In this document: one piece after another, positions 38,956 to 47,415 of the stretch
Numbering within the stretch: the stretch's first letter is position 1
Layout: every line of letters starts with the position of its first letter
Source: Planctomycetota bacterium
GTDB taxonomy: Bacteria > Planctomycetota > PLA2 > JAEUHO01
Reading direction: 5' to 3'
DNA length: 64,000 nt
NCBI GenBank assembly: GCA_965222115.1
Contig: CBDCTJ010000007.1
Span: forward strand, 192,001-256,000
Position numbers and translations under genes: made by a program
The notes under the pieces: model-generated
Told to the model about the DNA's origin: nothing
The model's database searches: none
What the model saw: only the letters and a program-made list of their open reading frames with translations

Positions 38956-39408
38956 TTACGGAGGACAGACGCAGCGGAGCGACTTTTGTGCGGTGGGTGT
39001 ACCGGACACGTCGTCCCATTCCTTATCGCAGGGAATGGTACACGTCCACTGGACGCAGGCTTCTGTACCCTTGACCTTTGGAACTCCATCCACGTTGACG
39101 TTCGCCGGAGGGTCATCAGCCTTGAAACCCTTTTGACACTTCGAACTATTCACCGTCCCGTAAGTGCCGCAAGTACAGATACTGTATCCGCCCCCTGGGT
39201 CATGCGCCTTACACTGGTCTCCACTTCCGCAAGGTGTTCCCACATTGCAGCCCGTGTGTAACCATACGTCAGTAGCCGATTGTGCGGCCCACCGGTGGAT
39301 AGACTGCGAGCAGCCGTCACCATCGGCATTGGCGAGCTGCATAGAGCCAATAATGACAACCGCACCGGCAAATAGCTGAATCGTCTGAATGCTCTTCTTA
39401 CAAAACAT
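38956..39408 (-). CDS. Secreted cysteine-rich protein (12 Cys in the mature part)
   Basis: GGGAGG RBS, signal peptide ending ANA, two C..C..C....CxC modules. Confidence 0.8.
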   Translation of the reverse strand: MFCKKSIQTIQLFAGAVVIIGSMQLANADGDGCSQSIHRWAAQSATDVWLHTGCNVGTPCGSGDQCKAHDPGGGYSICTCGTYGTVNSSKCQKGFKADDPPANVNVDGVPKVKGTEACVQWTCTIPCDKEWDDVSGTPTAQKSLRCVCPP

Positions 39409-39502
39409 TGCGAGTACACCTCCCTATTTATTCCACCGTTACACGCGGGCATCATCCCCCGAGATCCGGTGGCACTTCACGTAGCTATGTCCCACAGGGA
39501 TC

Positions 39503-39550
39503 GTCCCCGGGGTATGTCCCCGGGGTATGTCCCCGGGGTATGTCCCCGGG
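39503..39550. repeat. 13-bp tandem repeat GTCCCCGGGGTAT (3 full copies + 1 partial), each holding the palindrome CCCCGGGG
   Basis: Read directly; a degenerate copy (ATGTCCCACAGGGA) precedes it. Confidence 0.95.
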
Positions 39551-39825
39551 ATCTAACTCCGTACATTAGCAGAGAGTTCCGTAATTGCAAGTCGTAGCAA
39601 GGTGCTCTTGGCAATGGACGTGTGCCTACGCCCAATAATGCCAATTAGCGATGTAGCAACTTAAGTCTCAGACCGCAACCAATTCGCCTGAAATGAAGGC
39701 CGCACAGCACAAAACAGAGATCCGGCTGTTTCGCGAAGAGAGGAGAGTGGAAGTCATGGTCGCCGGAAACATCACGAGAGTTATGGGACGTCTTACCGAG
39801 TAGCCAGCTCGTTGAATGATCTCGT

Positions 39826-41022
39826 TCAGCGTATCGCCTCGGCAACACACGATTCGCAGATGCTATGAGACACGCGAATGGATCCATCGCGTGGCACAAA
39901 CTCGCCGACGGGTATCCATGTGCCGTTCGAACTACTGCGGAGGCGTTCGCACCACCCACAAATGTTCGCGACGCCTTCTTCATTACCAAGTACGACTCGC
40001 TTCGCATCGACATTGTCGGGAAACCACTTGGCAATGGTTCGAAGCACGTCGCGCTGTCCCTCGATAAACTCCGTTCGCGATTGAATTACGCCCTTTGATT
40101 GAGCCAGACCGTCGATGTCGAAGTCCTTAAACTCCTCCGCCCACGCGTCGACTTGGCAGATGCGCTGAAACACGCCGCTCGCCATCATGTTTCGCGTGGC
40201 GCGCGCTTCAGAAACGGCATTCACGCGGTCCCAAAGGGGTGCGATCTGACGCCCAATCTCGATTCGCAAGTGTGCGTATTCGTCGCGTTCTCCGGTTGCC
40301 TGAAGGCGTGATAGTGCATGGTGAGCATGTTCCTGCGCACGATCCCACGCTTCGGTGGCGGACAACGCGGCCACCCAGGCTGCATCCAACGCGCAGCATT
40401 GCGCAATGTCATCTTCGGGAAGCGAAGGTGCTGCCTCCAACGCCGCCTGTGCATCGTCCGGCCGGCCTTCGAGCAGATACACCTGAGAGCGAAGGCCGCA
40501 AAGTGACGTTGTATCAAGCGCCTCGGCGTCGAGACGCTTAGCAAGTTCGGCTTCCATCCCCTGCAAGTGCTCTCGCGCGCGCTGAGCATCGCCTGCGAAT
40601 ATCGCGCTTTTGGTAGATGACTCATGAAAATCTTGCCGCGTCCATGGATGCGCCTGATCCCCCTCGCGCTCCAGCAAACTTTCAAGTTCTCGCAGCGTCT
40701 GCGAAAGCCCTCCCGTATCCCTCAAAACGGCTGCGCACGCCGCAGTGGCGCCGAGACTCAAGAACAGCGCGGGAACATCACCATGGACGCGCGCCCACGC
40801 CGCCGCAGCGTTGCCGCAAACCCATGCCTCAAAGGCGCGGCCGCAACGGCCGTACGTGACGGCCAAATAGTGCGCAGCGACAAACCCGCCATACGTGTTT
40901 CGAGTATCGGCATCAAATAGAACGCCTTTGAGTAAGCGCTCGGCTTCCATCGAGTCACCGGCCTCGGCACGTTGACGTCCCGCCTTCAGTGTGGCGGCGG
41001 TCTGATCATCGATTCTTGACAC
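39826..41022 (-). CDS. TPR-like helical protein with a C-terminal CxxC...HxxCxxC metal-binding module
   Basis: Ala-rich helical repeats; ICGWCERLR...W...VSHSICESC. Confidence 0.75.
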   Translation of the reverse strand: MSRIDDQTAATLKAGRQRAEAGDSMEAERLLKGVLFDADTRNTYGGFVAAHYLAVTYGRCGRAFEAWVCGNAAAAWARVHGDVPALFLSLGATAACAAVLRDTGGLSQTLRELESLLEREGDQAHPWTRQDFHESSTKSAIFAGDAQRAREHLQGMEAELAKRLDAEALDTTSLCGLRSQVYLLEGRPDDAQAALEAAPSLPEDDIAQCCALDAAWVAALSATEAWDRAQEHAHHALSRLQATGERDEYAHLRIEIGRQIAPLWDRVNAVSEARATRNMMASGVFQRICQVDAWAEEFKDFDIDGLAQSKGVIQSRTEFIEGQRDVLRTIAKWFPDNVDAKRVVLGNEEGVANICGWCERLRSSSNGTWIPVGEFVPRDGSIRVSHSICESCVAEAIR

Positions 41023-41222
41023 GATTCACCTGCCTATGAGAAGGACCTGAGAGAATCTACGCGCGTTCATGACCGAACCGACGTCAACGCGAGCACTTCG
41101 TCCAATTGGATCTTAACCCGCAACGCAAACCGCGTTCTAGATTCTGAACGATCTATCAAGACAGTCACGTGACGAAGTTTATTCATACGATGCTCTTGTT
41201 GGTGCCCGACTCGCCGCCAAGT

Positions 41223-42059
41223 CTAGACTCGATGAAACTCGCCTTCGTTACACACAGCAAATCCTTGTGGCAACAAGGGACGTGCGCAATCGTCCGCATG
41301 CAACAAGCCATTGGAATGGTTGAGGTGAATGAATCGCACGTCGGTGTCGCAGCCTGCCAACATGGTAACCGTGTCGGCGACGCGGGGATGCGGAATCGTT
41401 GACACGTCGCGTCCCGGGAGTTCCGTGTCGTCGTAAAACGTGCCATCGATGAGGGCGATGTCAACCCGTCGAATGATGGACAGCCACTCGTCGTTCCAAG
41501 CATCGATGTCGGGCACATACGCCAGCGACTTTGTGGGCCCGCGAACAACGAATCCAAGCGTATCGGTATCTTCACCGCGGTGAGGCGAATCAACCGCGTC
41601 GATCCTCACATCGTCCATCGCGAATGACTGACCGGCATCCAATTCATGAAACACGATTTGGTTGCGCTCGATCAAGTGTGACCACGGGCGATTCTCGCGC
41701 AAGAACCGATGCATCCGTTTCGTTCCATGAACCGACAACGACGACACATTGAGCCCTTCCGTGCCCAAGTGTGCCAAGCCAATGTAGTGACCCATATGAG
41801 CGTGTGTCAGCAAGAGTGCATCGGGGCGAAGCGTACCGAAGCACCGAAGAAGTTCGGCAAGCTGCAACTCGATGGCTGGCGTCGCATCAACGAGCAACAC
41901 ACGGCCCATTGACGAACGAATGGCAATGGACGCAGGACGACGAACGAGCGCCGGGTCACGGCGCGCGGCCTCACAGTTCTTGCAGGCGCAGCCTACGTGG
42001 GGCACACCGGCGTCTTGTGCGGTGCCCAAGACCAGCACACCGGCACCGGGTGGCATCAC
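41223..42059 (-). CDS. Metallo-beta-lactamase fold hydrolase, PqqB-like
   Basis: LGTAQDAGVPHVGCACKNC, LTHAHMGHYIGL, YVPDID, DGTFY, FIHLNHSN. Confidence 0.88.
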   Translation of the reverse strand: MMPPGAGVLVLGTAQDAGVPHVGCACKNCEAARRDPALVRRPASIAIRSSMGRVLLVDATPAIELQLAELLRCFGTLRPDALLLTHAHMGHYIGLAHLGTEGLNVSSLSVHGTKRMHRFLRENRPWSHLIERNQIVFHELDAGQSFAMDDVRIDAVDSPHRGEDTDTLGFVVRGPTKSLAYVPDIDAWNDEWLSIIRRVDIALIDGTFYDDTELPGRDVSTIPHPRVADTVTMLAGCDTDVRFIHLNHSNGLLHADDCARPLLPQGFAVCNEGEFHRV

Positions 42060-44650
42060 GACGTCGCAGGCTCCTCGCTTGCCAACTCAAGCCGTTGGAG
42101 ACGACGCTCGAGGTCGGCGTTGCGCTCTCGCATGGCGGCCAGCTCCTTGTTGAGTTCCTTGAGTTCGCCGGACGCACCCTTGGCTTTCTTCAGACGTCCA
42201 ATCGCGGCGCGTGCGGCGCGTGGGACGCGACCGTCCGGATGGTGCATGGGCGCACCAGCGAGAATGGCAATCGCGCGCGGATCCCCGATGCCACGCAGCG
42301 CCGCAATCGCAGCCGCCACAATGCGGAAGTCGCTCTCGCTCGCAAGATCGGAGAGCACATCAAAGACCCCGTCGCGACGTTCCATGCGACGTGCAATTTG
42401 AGGCAGCGCACGTATCGCCGCCGAACGTAGGCGCGGCGGTTTGCCGTAAGCCGTGGCCCCTATCACGATGGGCAACACGGATTCATCTGCAAGTGCTGCC
42501 AATCCATCCACGCAGCCCATACGAATCGTCTCGGCCCAACTGTCGCGCTCCGCGAGCGCCTTCTCCAAGACGGCCTTGGCGCGCGGACTGCGTGTCTTGC
42601 CCAGCGATCGCGCTGCGGATGCCTCAACAAAGATTGACGGATCGCCCGTCGCAAGGAGATCGATCAACGCGGTTGCCGCAACCTCGTCGCCACGGTAGCG
42701 CCCAAGGGCTGTTGCCGCGGCGCGGCGAACCTTGGGATGTTCATGACCAAGCGCACCGATCAAGATGTCGCGCGCATCGTGATGACGCATACGACCCAAG
42801 GCCACGGCACATTGACCCGCAAGCCCCCAGAAGGTGTCACGCATCGCAGCCTGAAGCGCGTCCATGCTCTCGCGCGTAACGTCCTTTGCCAAAGCGCGCC
42901 CAGCACGAATGCGACTTCGAATGCCTTCGTCGCTCGCCAGCAGCGCGCGTTGGGCCGCGGGAGACTGATCCACCGTTACGGTGCCAAGGATGTCACCGTT
43001 TGGATCGAATGAGATCCAAATAGGCGCCTTCTCGACGCGAAACACAAACGACTGATCTCGATCGGCGATGCGAATGTCGCGCGACTCCACAGTGCCGTCG
43101 GCATGCCCCACACGAAGCGTGGTGCTCAAGCGGAATGCATCCATGGTGCCTTCCACCGCACGATGCGTCTGTTTCACACGCACATGCAATACGTTCTCGT
43201 CGTCGTGGTGTGTCCACGACACCTTGAGCTCGGGATGGCCCGCATGAAAGACCCACTGGTCGAAGAACCAATCCACATCGCGGCCCGTTGCGAGTTCGAT
43301 GGAACGACGCAAGTCCTCGGTGACCACCGAGCGTCCGCGATTCTCGGTCGCATACGTTTGGATCGCACGGAAGAAGGAGTCATCGCCAAGTTCCCGGCGC
43401 AGCATATGGAGCACAAGCCCGCCCTTCTCGTACAAGTGGCGATCAAAGAGATCAATCGGCTCGTCGTAACGGCGATCCACAATGGCGCGGCGGTATTCAC
43501 CGCCATCTTCGCGCTTGTAGGACTCAAGCTTTGTCAAACGTTCGTATGCCGCCTCGTCGTCGCCAAGGGCGTGCTCTTTCCACAACACTTCTGACCACGT
43601 TGCGAACCCCTCGTTGAGCCACGCATGGCTCCATTCCCGGCACGTGAGCAGGTCCCCCCACCACTGATGGGCAAGCTCGTGGGCAATCAAGGCATCCATA
43701 TTGTAGTCGAGTTCGGTACGCTCATCGAAGAGCACAATGTCGATCAACGTGGTGGCCGTCGTATTTTCCATGCCACCGAAGATGAAGTCTTCCACAACCA
43801 CTTGTGCGTACTTTTCGTACGGATAGCGAACACCGAACTTCTCTTCGAATACATCCATCATGGCGGCGGTGCGCTCAAAACATCGCTTGGCGTCGTCCGC
43901 TCGACCTTGGGGCACATACACCGTGAGGGGTGCATCGCCCGCGCGCAGCATCACTTCATCAAACTCGCCGACGGCCACCATCACGAGGTAGGCGCTGTGC
44001 GCGATCCGCTGTTTCCAGTGCCACGTCACCGATTCGTCGTCGTGTGGCGTTTTAGAAAGCAACTGCCCATTGCTAATGGCGGTGAAGCCCTTTGGAACGC
44101 GAATCTTTGCTTGGGTTGATGCCTTCTCACACGGGTGGTCAAAACATGGAAACCAAAAGCGGCTGTCTTCGTCCTGTCCCTGTGTCCACGCTTGATACGG
44201 CTTCTGCGGATAGGCCTCGTCCGGCTGCACAAAGTACATTCCGCGCCGCGGCGTGCCGTGGTATGCAACGGTTACGTGAGTCTCGTCGCCAATGGACAGG
44301 GGCGTCGGCAACTGAATCGTGAGGTCCATGCCCTCGTGCTGAAACGAAAGCGCATTTCCATCGCTACCCGTCACACCGTCGATCACAAGCTCGCCCGCGT
44401 GCAACTTGACCTTGCTCACCCCTTTGGTGAGCGCCGCCACGGTATGCGTGACCGATCCCGAAATGTGTACTTCACGTGGATCAATTGTAATGTCCAGCGC
44501 ACTGTGACGAATGTCCACTTGCCGATCGGGTGCATAGCGGCGCTTCGTACCGGGAAACGCAAACGGTTCGCGTGCTCCCATGCCCAATCCGTGGGAGCGG
44601 CGTCCGCATCCCAAGCCATGGTGGCTGCCCGATGTGCCCAGATACGACAT
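42056..44650 (-). CDS. pepN: M1 family aminopeptidase with C-terminal HEAT repeats
   Basis: GGMEN, HELAHQWWG, WLNEGFA, YEKG; HEAT repeats and a coiled-coil tail. Confidence 0.93.
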   Translation of the reverse strand: MSYLGTSGSHHGLGCGRRSHGLGMGAREPFAFPGTKRRYAPDRQVDIRHSALDITIDPREVHISGSVTHTVAALTKGVSKVKLHAGELVIDGVTGSDGNALSFQHEGMDLTIQLPTPLSIGDETHVTVAYHGTPRRGMYFVQPDEAYPQKPYQAWTQGQDEDSRFWFPCFDHPCEKASTQAKIRVPKGFTAISNGQLLSKTPHDDESVTWHWKQRIAHSAYLVMVAVGEFDEVMLRAGDAPLTVYVPQGRADDAKRCFERTAAMMDVFEEKFGVRYPYEKYAQVVVEDFIFGGMENTTATTLIDIVLFDERTELDYNMDALIAHELAHQWWGDLLTCREWSHAWLNEGFATWSEVLWKEHALGDDEAAYERLTKLESYKREDGGEYRRAIVDRRYDEPIDLFDRHLYEKGGLVLHMLRRELGDDSFFRAIQTYATENRGRSVVTEDLRRSIELATGRDVDWFFDQWVFHAGHPELKVSWTHHDDENVLHVRVKQTHRAVEGTMDAFRLSTTLRVGHADGTVESRDIRIADRDQSFVFRVEKAPIWISFDPNGDILGTVTVDQSPAAQRALLASDEGIRSRIRAGRALAKDVTRESMDALQAAMRDTFWGLAGQCAVALGRMRHHDARDILIGALGHEHPKVRRAAATALGRYRGDEVAATALIDLLATGDPSIFVEASAARSLGKTRSPRAKAVLEKALAERDSWAETIRMGCVDGLAALADESVLPIVIGATAYGKPPRLRSAAIRALPQIARRMERRDGVFDVLSDLASESDFRIVAAAIAALRGIGDPRAIAILAGAPMHHPDGRVPRAARAAIGRLKKAKGASGELKELNKELAAMRERNADLERRLQRLELASEEPATS

Positions 44651-44711
44651 CGTGTTTCTCCAAGCTACTGTTCCGAGTTAGGACGCGAACCGAAGCCGTG
44701 CCGATTCTGTA

Positions 44712-45593
44712 TTAGTCGCCGTGATCGTGTCCTTTGTGGTCGTGGCCCTTGTGGTCGTGTCCGTGACCGTGCCCGCCATGACCATGACCATGACCACCGT
44801 GACTATGCCCGTGCCCATGACTATGCCCGTGCGCATGCTCCTCGTAGAGGCTCACGCCCGCCATCAAGGCAATGCCCAATGCCAGGGCAATGACCGTTCC
44901 TACCATCCGCTTGCCGCGTGCGTGCTTGCGCATCTCGGGAACCAAGTCGGCGCAGGCAATGTAGAGAAAGCCGCCCGCGGCCACTGGCACAAGTATGTGC
45001 TGCAAGCCGAAGTCGTTATGCGTGATCAGCACAAGTAAGGCACCTAGCACGGCCACCAATCCACACAGCAGATTGAAGAACAGCGCGCGTTTGGCAGAAA
45101 ACCCAGCGTGCATCAACACGCCGAGGTCACCAAACTCCTGCGGAATCTCGTGCAAGAGAACGGCCAACGTGGTGGCCATGCCCGCCTCTTCGCTAATGAG
45201 CCATGTACCAGCGATCAACATGCCGTCAATGAAGTTATGGAGCGCGTCGCCGATCAGATTCATCCAACCCACGCTATGAACGCCGCCGGGACCGTGATCG
45301 TGGAGGTCTTCGCCGTGGTGATGCCAATGCAGGACGCCTTCGATCAAGAAGAAGCCCACCAATCCGCCGAGCACACCCCACGCAATGGTGTTCGTAAACC
45401 CTCCTGCATCGGCAACCGAGTGCGGCAGGAGATGGAGGAAGGTGTCGCCGATGAGTGCCCCGGCTGCCAGTGCGACCAACAGGTGCAACTTGGTCTTGAT
45501 GGCATTGCCGCGCACAAGCAGCACGGCGCCGATGAGGCTGATGAGCGAAACCGCAATTACGGCGGCCAGAATGGGGAGTGATTCCTTAGGCAT
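44712..45593 (-). CDS. ZIP family metal transporter with His-rich loop and C-terminal tail
   Basis: GDTFLHLLP, DALHNFIDG, HEIPQEFGD, YIACADLVPE; (HG)n tail. Confidence 0.93.
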   Translation of the reverse strand: MPKESLPILAAVIAVSLISLIGAVLLVRGNAIKTKLHLLVALAAGALIGDTFLHLLPHSVADAGGFTNTIAWGVLGGLVGFFLIEGVLHWHHHGEDLHDHGPGGVHSVGWMNLIGDALHNFIDGMLIAGTWLISEEAGMATTLAVLLHEIPQEFGDLGVLMHAGFSAKRALFFNLLCGLVAVLGALLVLITHNDFGLQHILVPVAAGGFLYIACADLVPEMRKHARGKRMVGTVIALALGIALMAGVSLYEEHAHGHSHGHGHSHGGHGHGHGGHGHGHDHKGHDHKGHDHGD

Positions 45594-45652
45594 AAGCGCG
45601 AAACGGTACCTGCACGGCACGCGCGGGAAGCACGAAAGTCGCAGCGTGTTGG

Positions 45653-46159
45653 TTACTGCTTCGTATGGCTATCGTCCGATACAGGCCCGCGGCGTACAGC
45701 AATCAAGTGAGGCAACGCGGGCGCAATCCAGCCAAAACACTCAACCGCGCCGCTTGGACGTCCAGGCAGATTTACGACTATGGCTCGCCCGCATGCGCCT
45801 GCGAGTGCCCGGCTCCCCATGGCATGCACTGTTTTCGCAAGACTCTTGCGCCGCATCTCTTCCGCAAGACCGGGGATATCGAAGTCGATCACGTCGCGCG
45901 TGGCCTCGGGCGTTACGTCGCGTTCCGCGAGCCCCGTGCCACCGGTCGTCAACACCAAGGGCACCTCGGAAGCCCGCCGACGAATAGTCTCGGCAATCTG
46001 CGCACGATCATCGGCAACCACATCGACGTGTTTGAGGTCAAACGGCGTATCGACAAGTGAAGCGCGTAGCAACGCCTCGGTTTCATCGGCGCGCTCACCC
46101 CGCGCGGCGCGGTCACTTACGACGAGCAAGGCAACAGCTAGCGACGTTCGTTGCGTCAT
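45653..46159 (-). CDS. MogA/MoaB molybdenum cofactor biosynthesis protein
   Basis: VSDRAARGERAD, TTGGTGLAERDVTPEAT, NLPG. Confidence 0.93.
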   Translation of the reverse strand: MTQRTSLAVALLVVSDRAARGERADETEALLRASLVDTPFDLKHVDVVADDRAQIAETIRRRASEVPLVLTTGGTGLAERDVTPEATRDVIDFDIPGLAEEMRRKSLAKTVHAMGSRALAGACGRAIVVNLPGRPSGAVECFGWIAPALPHLIAVRRGPVSDDSHTKQ

Positions 46160-47355
46160 GGGGTCGTCCTCGTCGTGCCAAGTGCATCTTCAACGAACGA
46201 AAGCTCGCGCGCCAGGGCTTCTACGAGTGACGAATCGCTGCCAGCTTCATCGTCATCGGGTAGCACGTCCCAGGTGTAGGTCTCAACTTCGATGTGGGAC
46301 ACGCCTCCGTGTTCGCGCACCCAGGCCAGCGCGTCCAATAAGGGCTCGCGCGTCGTATGCAGTAGGCCGCTCATGCGCTCGCGATACACCGGTACGTGAA
46401 AATGCACGCGCCACAACGCAGGCAAGTCCTGTCGTGCGAGCGCAAGCGGCAAGTCCTCAATCACTTCAAGCAATCCTGAGTCATGCCGCACGCCAACCTG
46501 ATGCAGGTAGACGGGCTCGTCAAATAGCTCAAGCGCGTGACGAACATCGTTGTCATCCGAAGCGCGGACTTCAAGGGCCGACGACGCCTGCAACTTCACA
46601 ATGGCAATGTCCGCATCGACGAGGGCTGAAAGACTTGACGGAATGTCTTCATGCACCACGGCCTGATGGCACACGTCAAAGCACACGCCGAGGTAGGTGC
46701 GCAACGTGCTGGCATTCGATCCGGTAGCGTCGAGGGCCTGCGTGAGGGGACCCTGAAAGAACGCTATCAGCTCATCCGTGGTCTGAAGCGCGCATCCCGG
46801 CTCGGGTTCAATGCCCAAGCGCACGCGGATACCGGTTTCATCCTCAAGCAGAGCCAACGTGCGCGCCACATCCACGAGATGCCGCGCCCATGCGCGTTCT
46901 GAACGCTCCTCGGTGGGCCATGCGCGCCAATGCCCCGGCGACGTTGAGAGCGAGAGTTCATCGCCCGGCAATACGTTTAGACGCGTCATGGCACGGGCAA
47001 AGGCGTTGGTGTAGGCAACGCGTTCGGGTCGCGCCCAGCCGGGTCGATACACGGCGTCTTTTAGCGGTTGACCATGAAACGCGCCGTAGACGAACGCATT
47101 GCCCGTAAACACATGCAGCCGCGCGTCGCGAAGCAGCGCCTGAAGTTCCTCGTCGCCCGACTCGTCGTCAACGCCGGGCGCGCTCAAACGAATGGCAAGT
47201 CCAAAGGCGTCATCGCGACGCAGGCCAAGTCGCTCCTTCAGGGGTAACACCGCGTGCCCAATTGCGTGCGACGTCGCTACGCGTGTGCCGCCCGGATGAA
47301 CATTCATCCCGTACGAGAGCCACAAGGGCGAGCCGTGTGCATCCAACAAGCGCAT
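46156..47355 (-). CDS. eboE: EboE metabolite-traffic TIM-barrel protein
   Basis: SYGMNVH, FHGQPLKDAVYRP, EPEPGC, GVCFDVCH, EPVYLHQV, WRVHFHVP, EVETYTW. Confidence 0.9.
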   Translation of the reverse strand: MRLLDAHGSPLWLSYGMNVHPGGTRVATSHAIGHAVLPLKERLGLRRDDAFGLAIRLSAPGVDDESGDEELQALLRDARLHVFTGNAFVYGAFHGQPLKDAVYRPGWARPERVAYTNAFARAMTRLNVLPGDELSLSTSPGHWRAWPTEERSERAWARHLVDVARTLALLEDETGIRVRLGIEPEPGCALQTTDELIAFFQGPLTQALDATGSNASTLRTYLGVCFDVCHQAVVHEDIPSSLSALVDADIAIVKLQASSALEVRASDDNDVRHALELFDEPVYLHQVGVRHDSGLLEVIEDLPLALARQDLPALWRVHFHVPVYRERMSGLLHTTREPLLDALAWVREHGGVSHIEVETYTWDVLPDDDEAGSDSSLVEALARELSFVEDALGTTRTTP

Positions 47356-47415
47356 GCGCGCACCCTACCAAGACCCCTGCGTGAGTATCGGGCGGGGCAT
47401 TGTGTTGTGCGGACG

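Noticed and set aside
38382-39408. Methylamine dehydrogenase (mau) cluster
   Set aside because: No large subunit, MauD or MauG, and the Cys-rich protein has no Tat signal or MauA motifs.
39503-39550. CRISPR array
   Set aside because: 13-bp units with no spacers and no cas genes. The same holds for the 16-bp repeats at 53056-53116.
41223-42059. PQQ biosynthesis cluster
   Set aside because: Only a PqqB-like hydrolase is present, with no pqqA/C/D/E.
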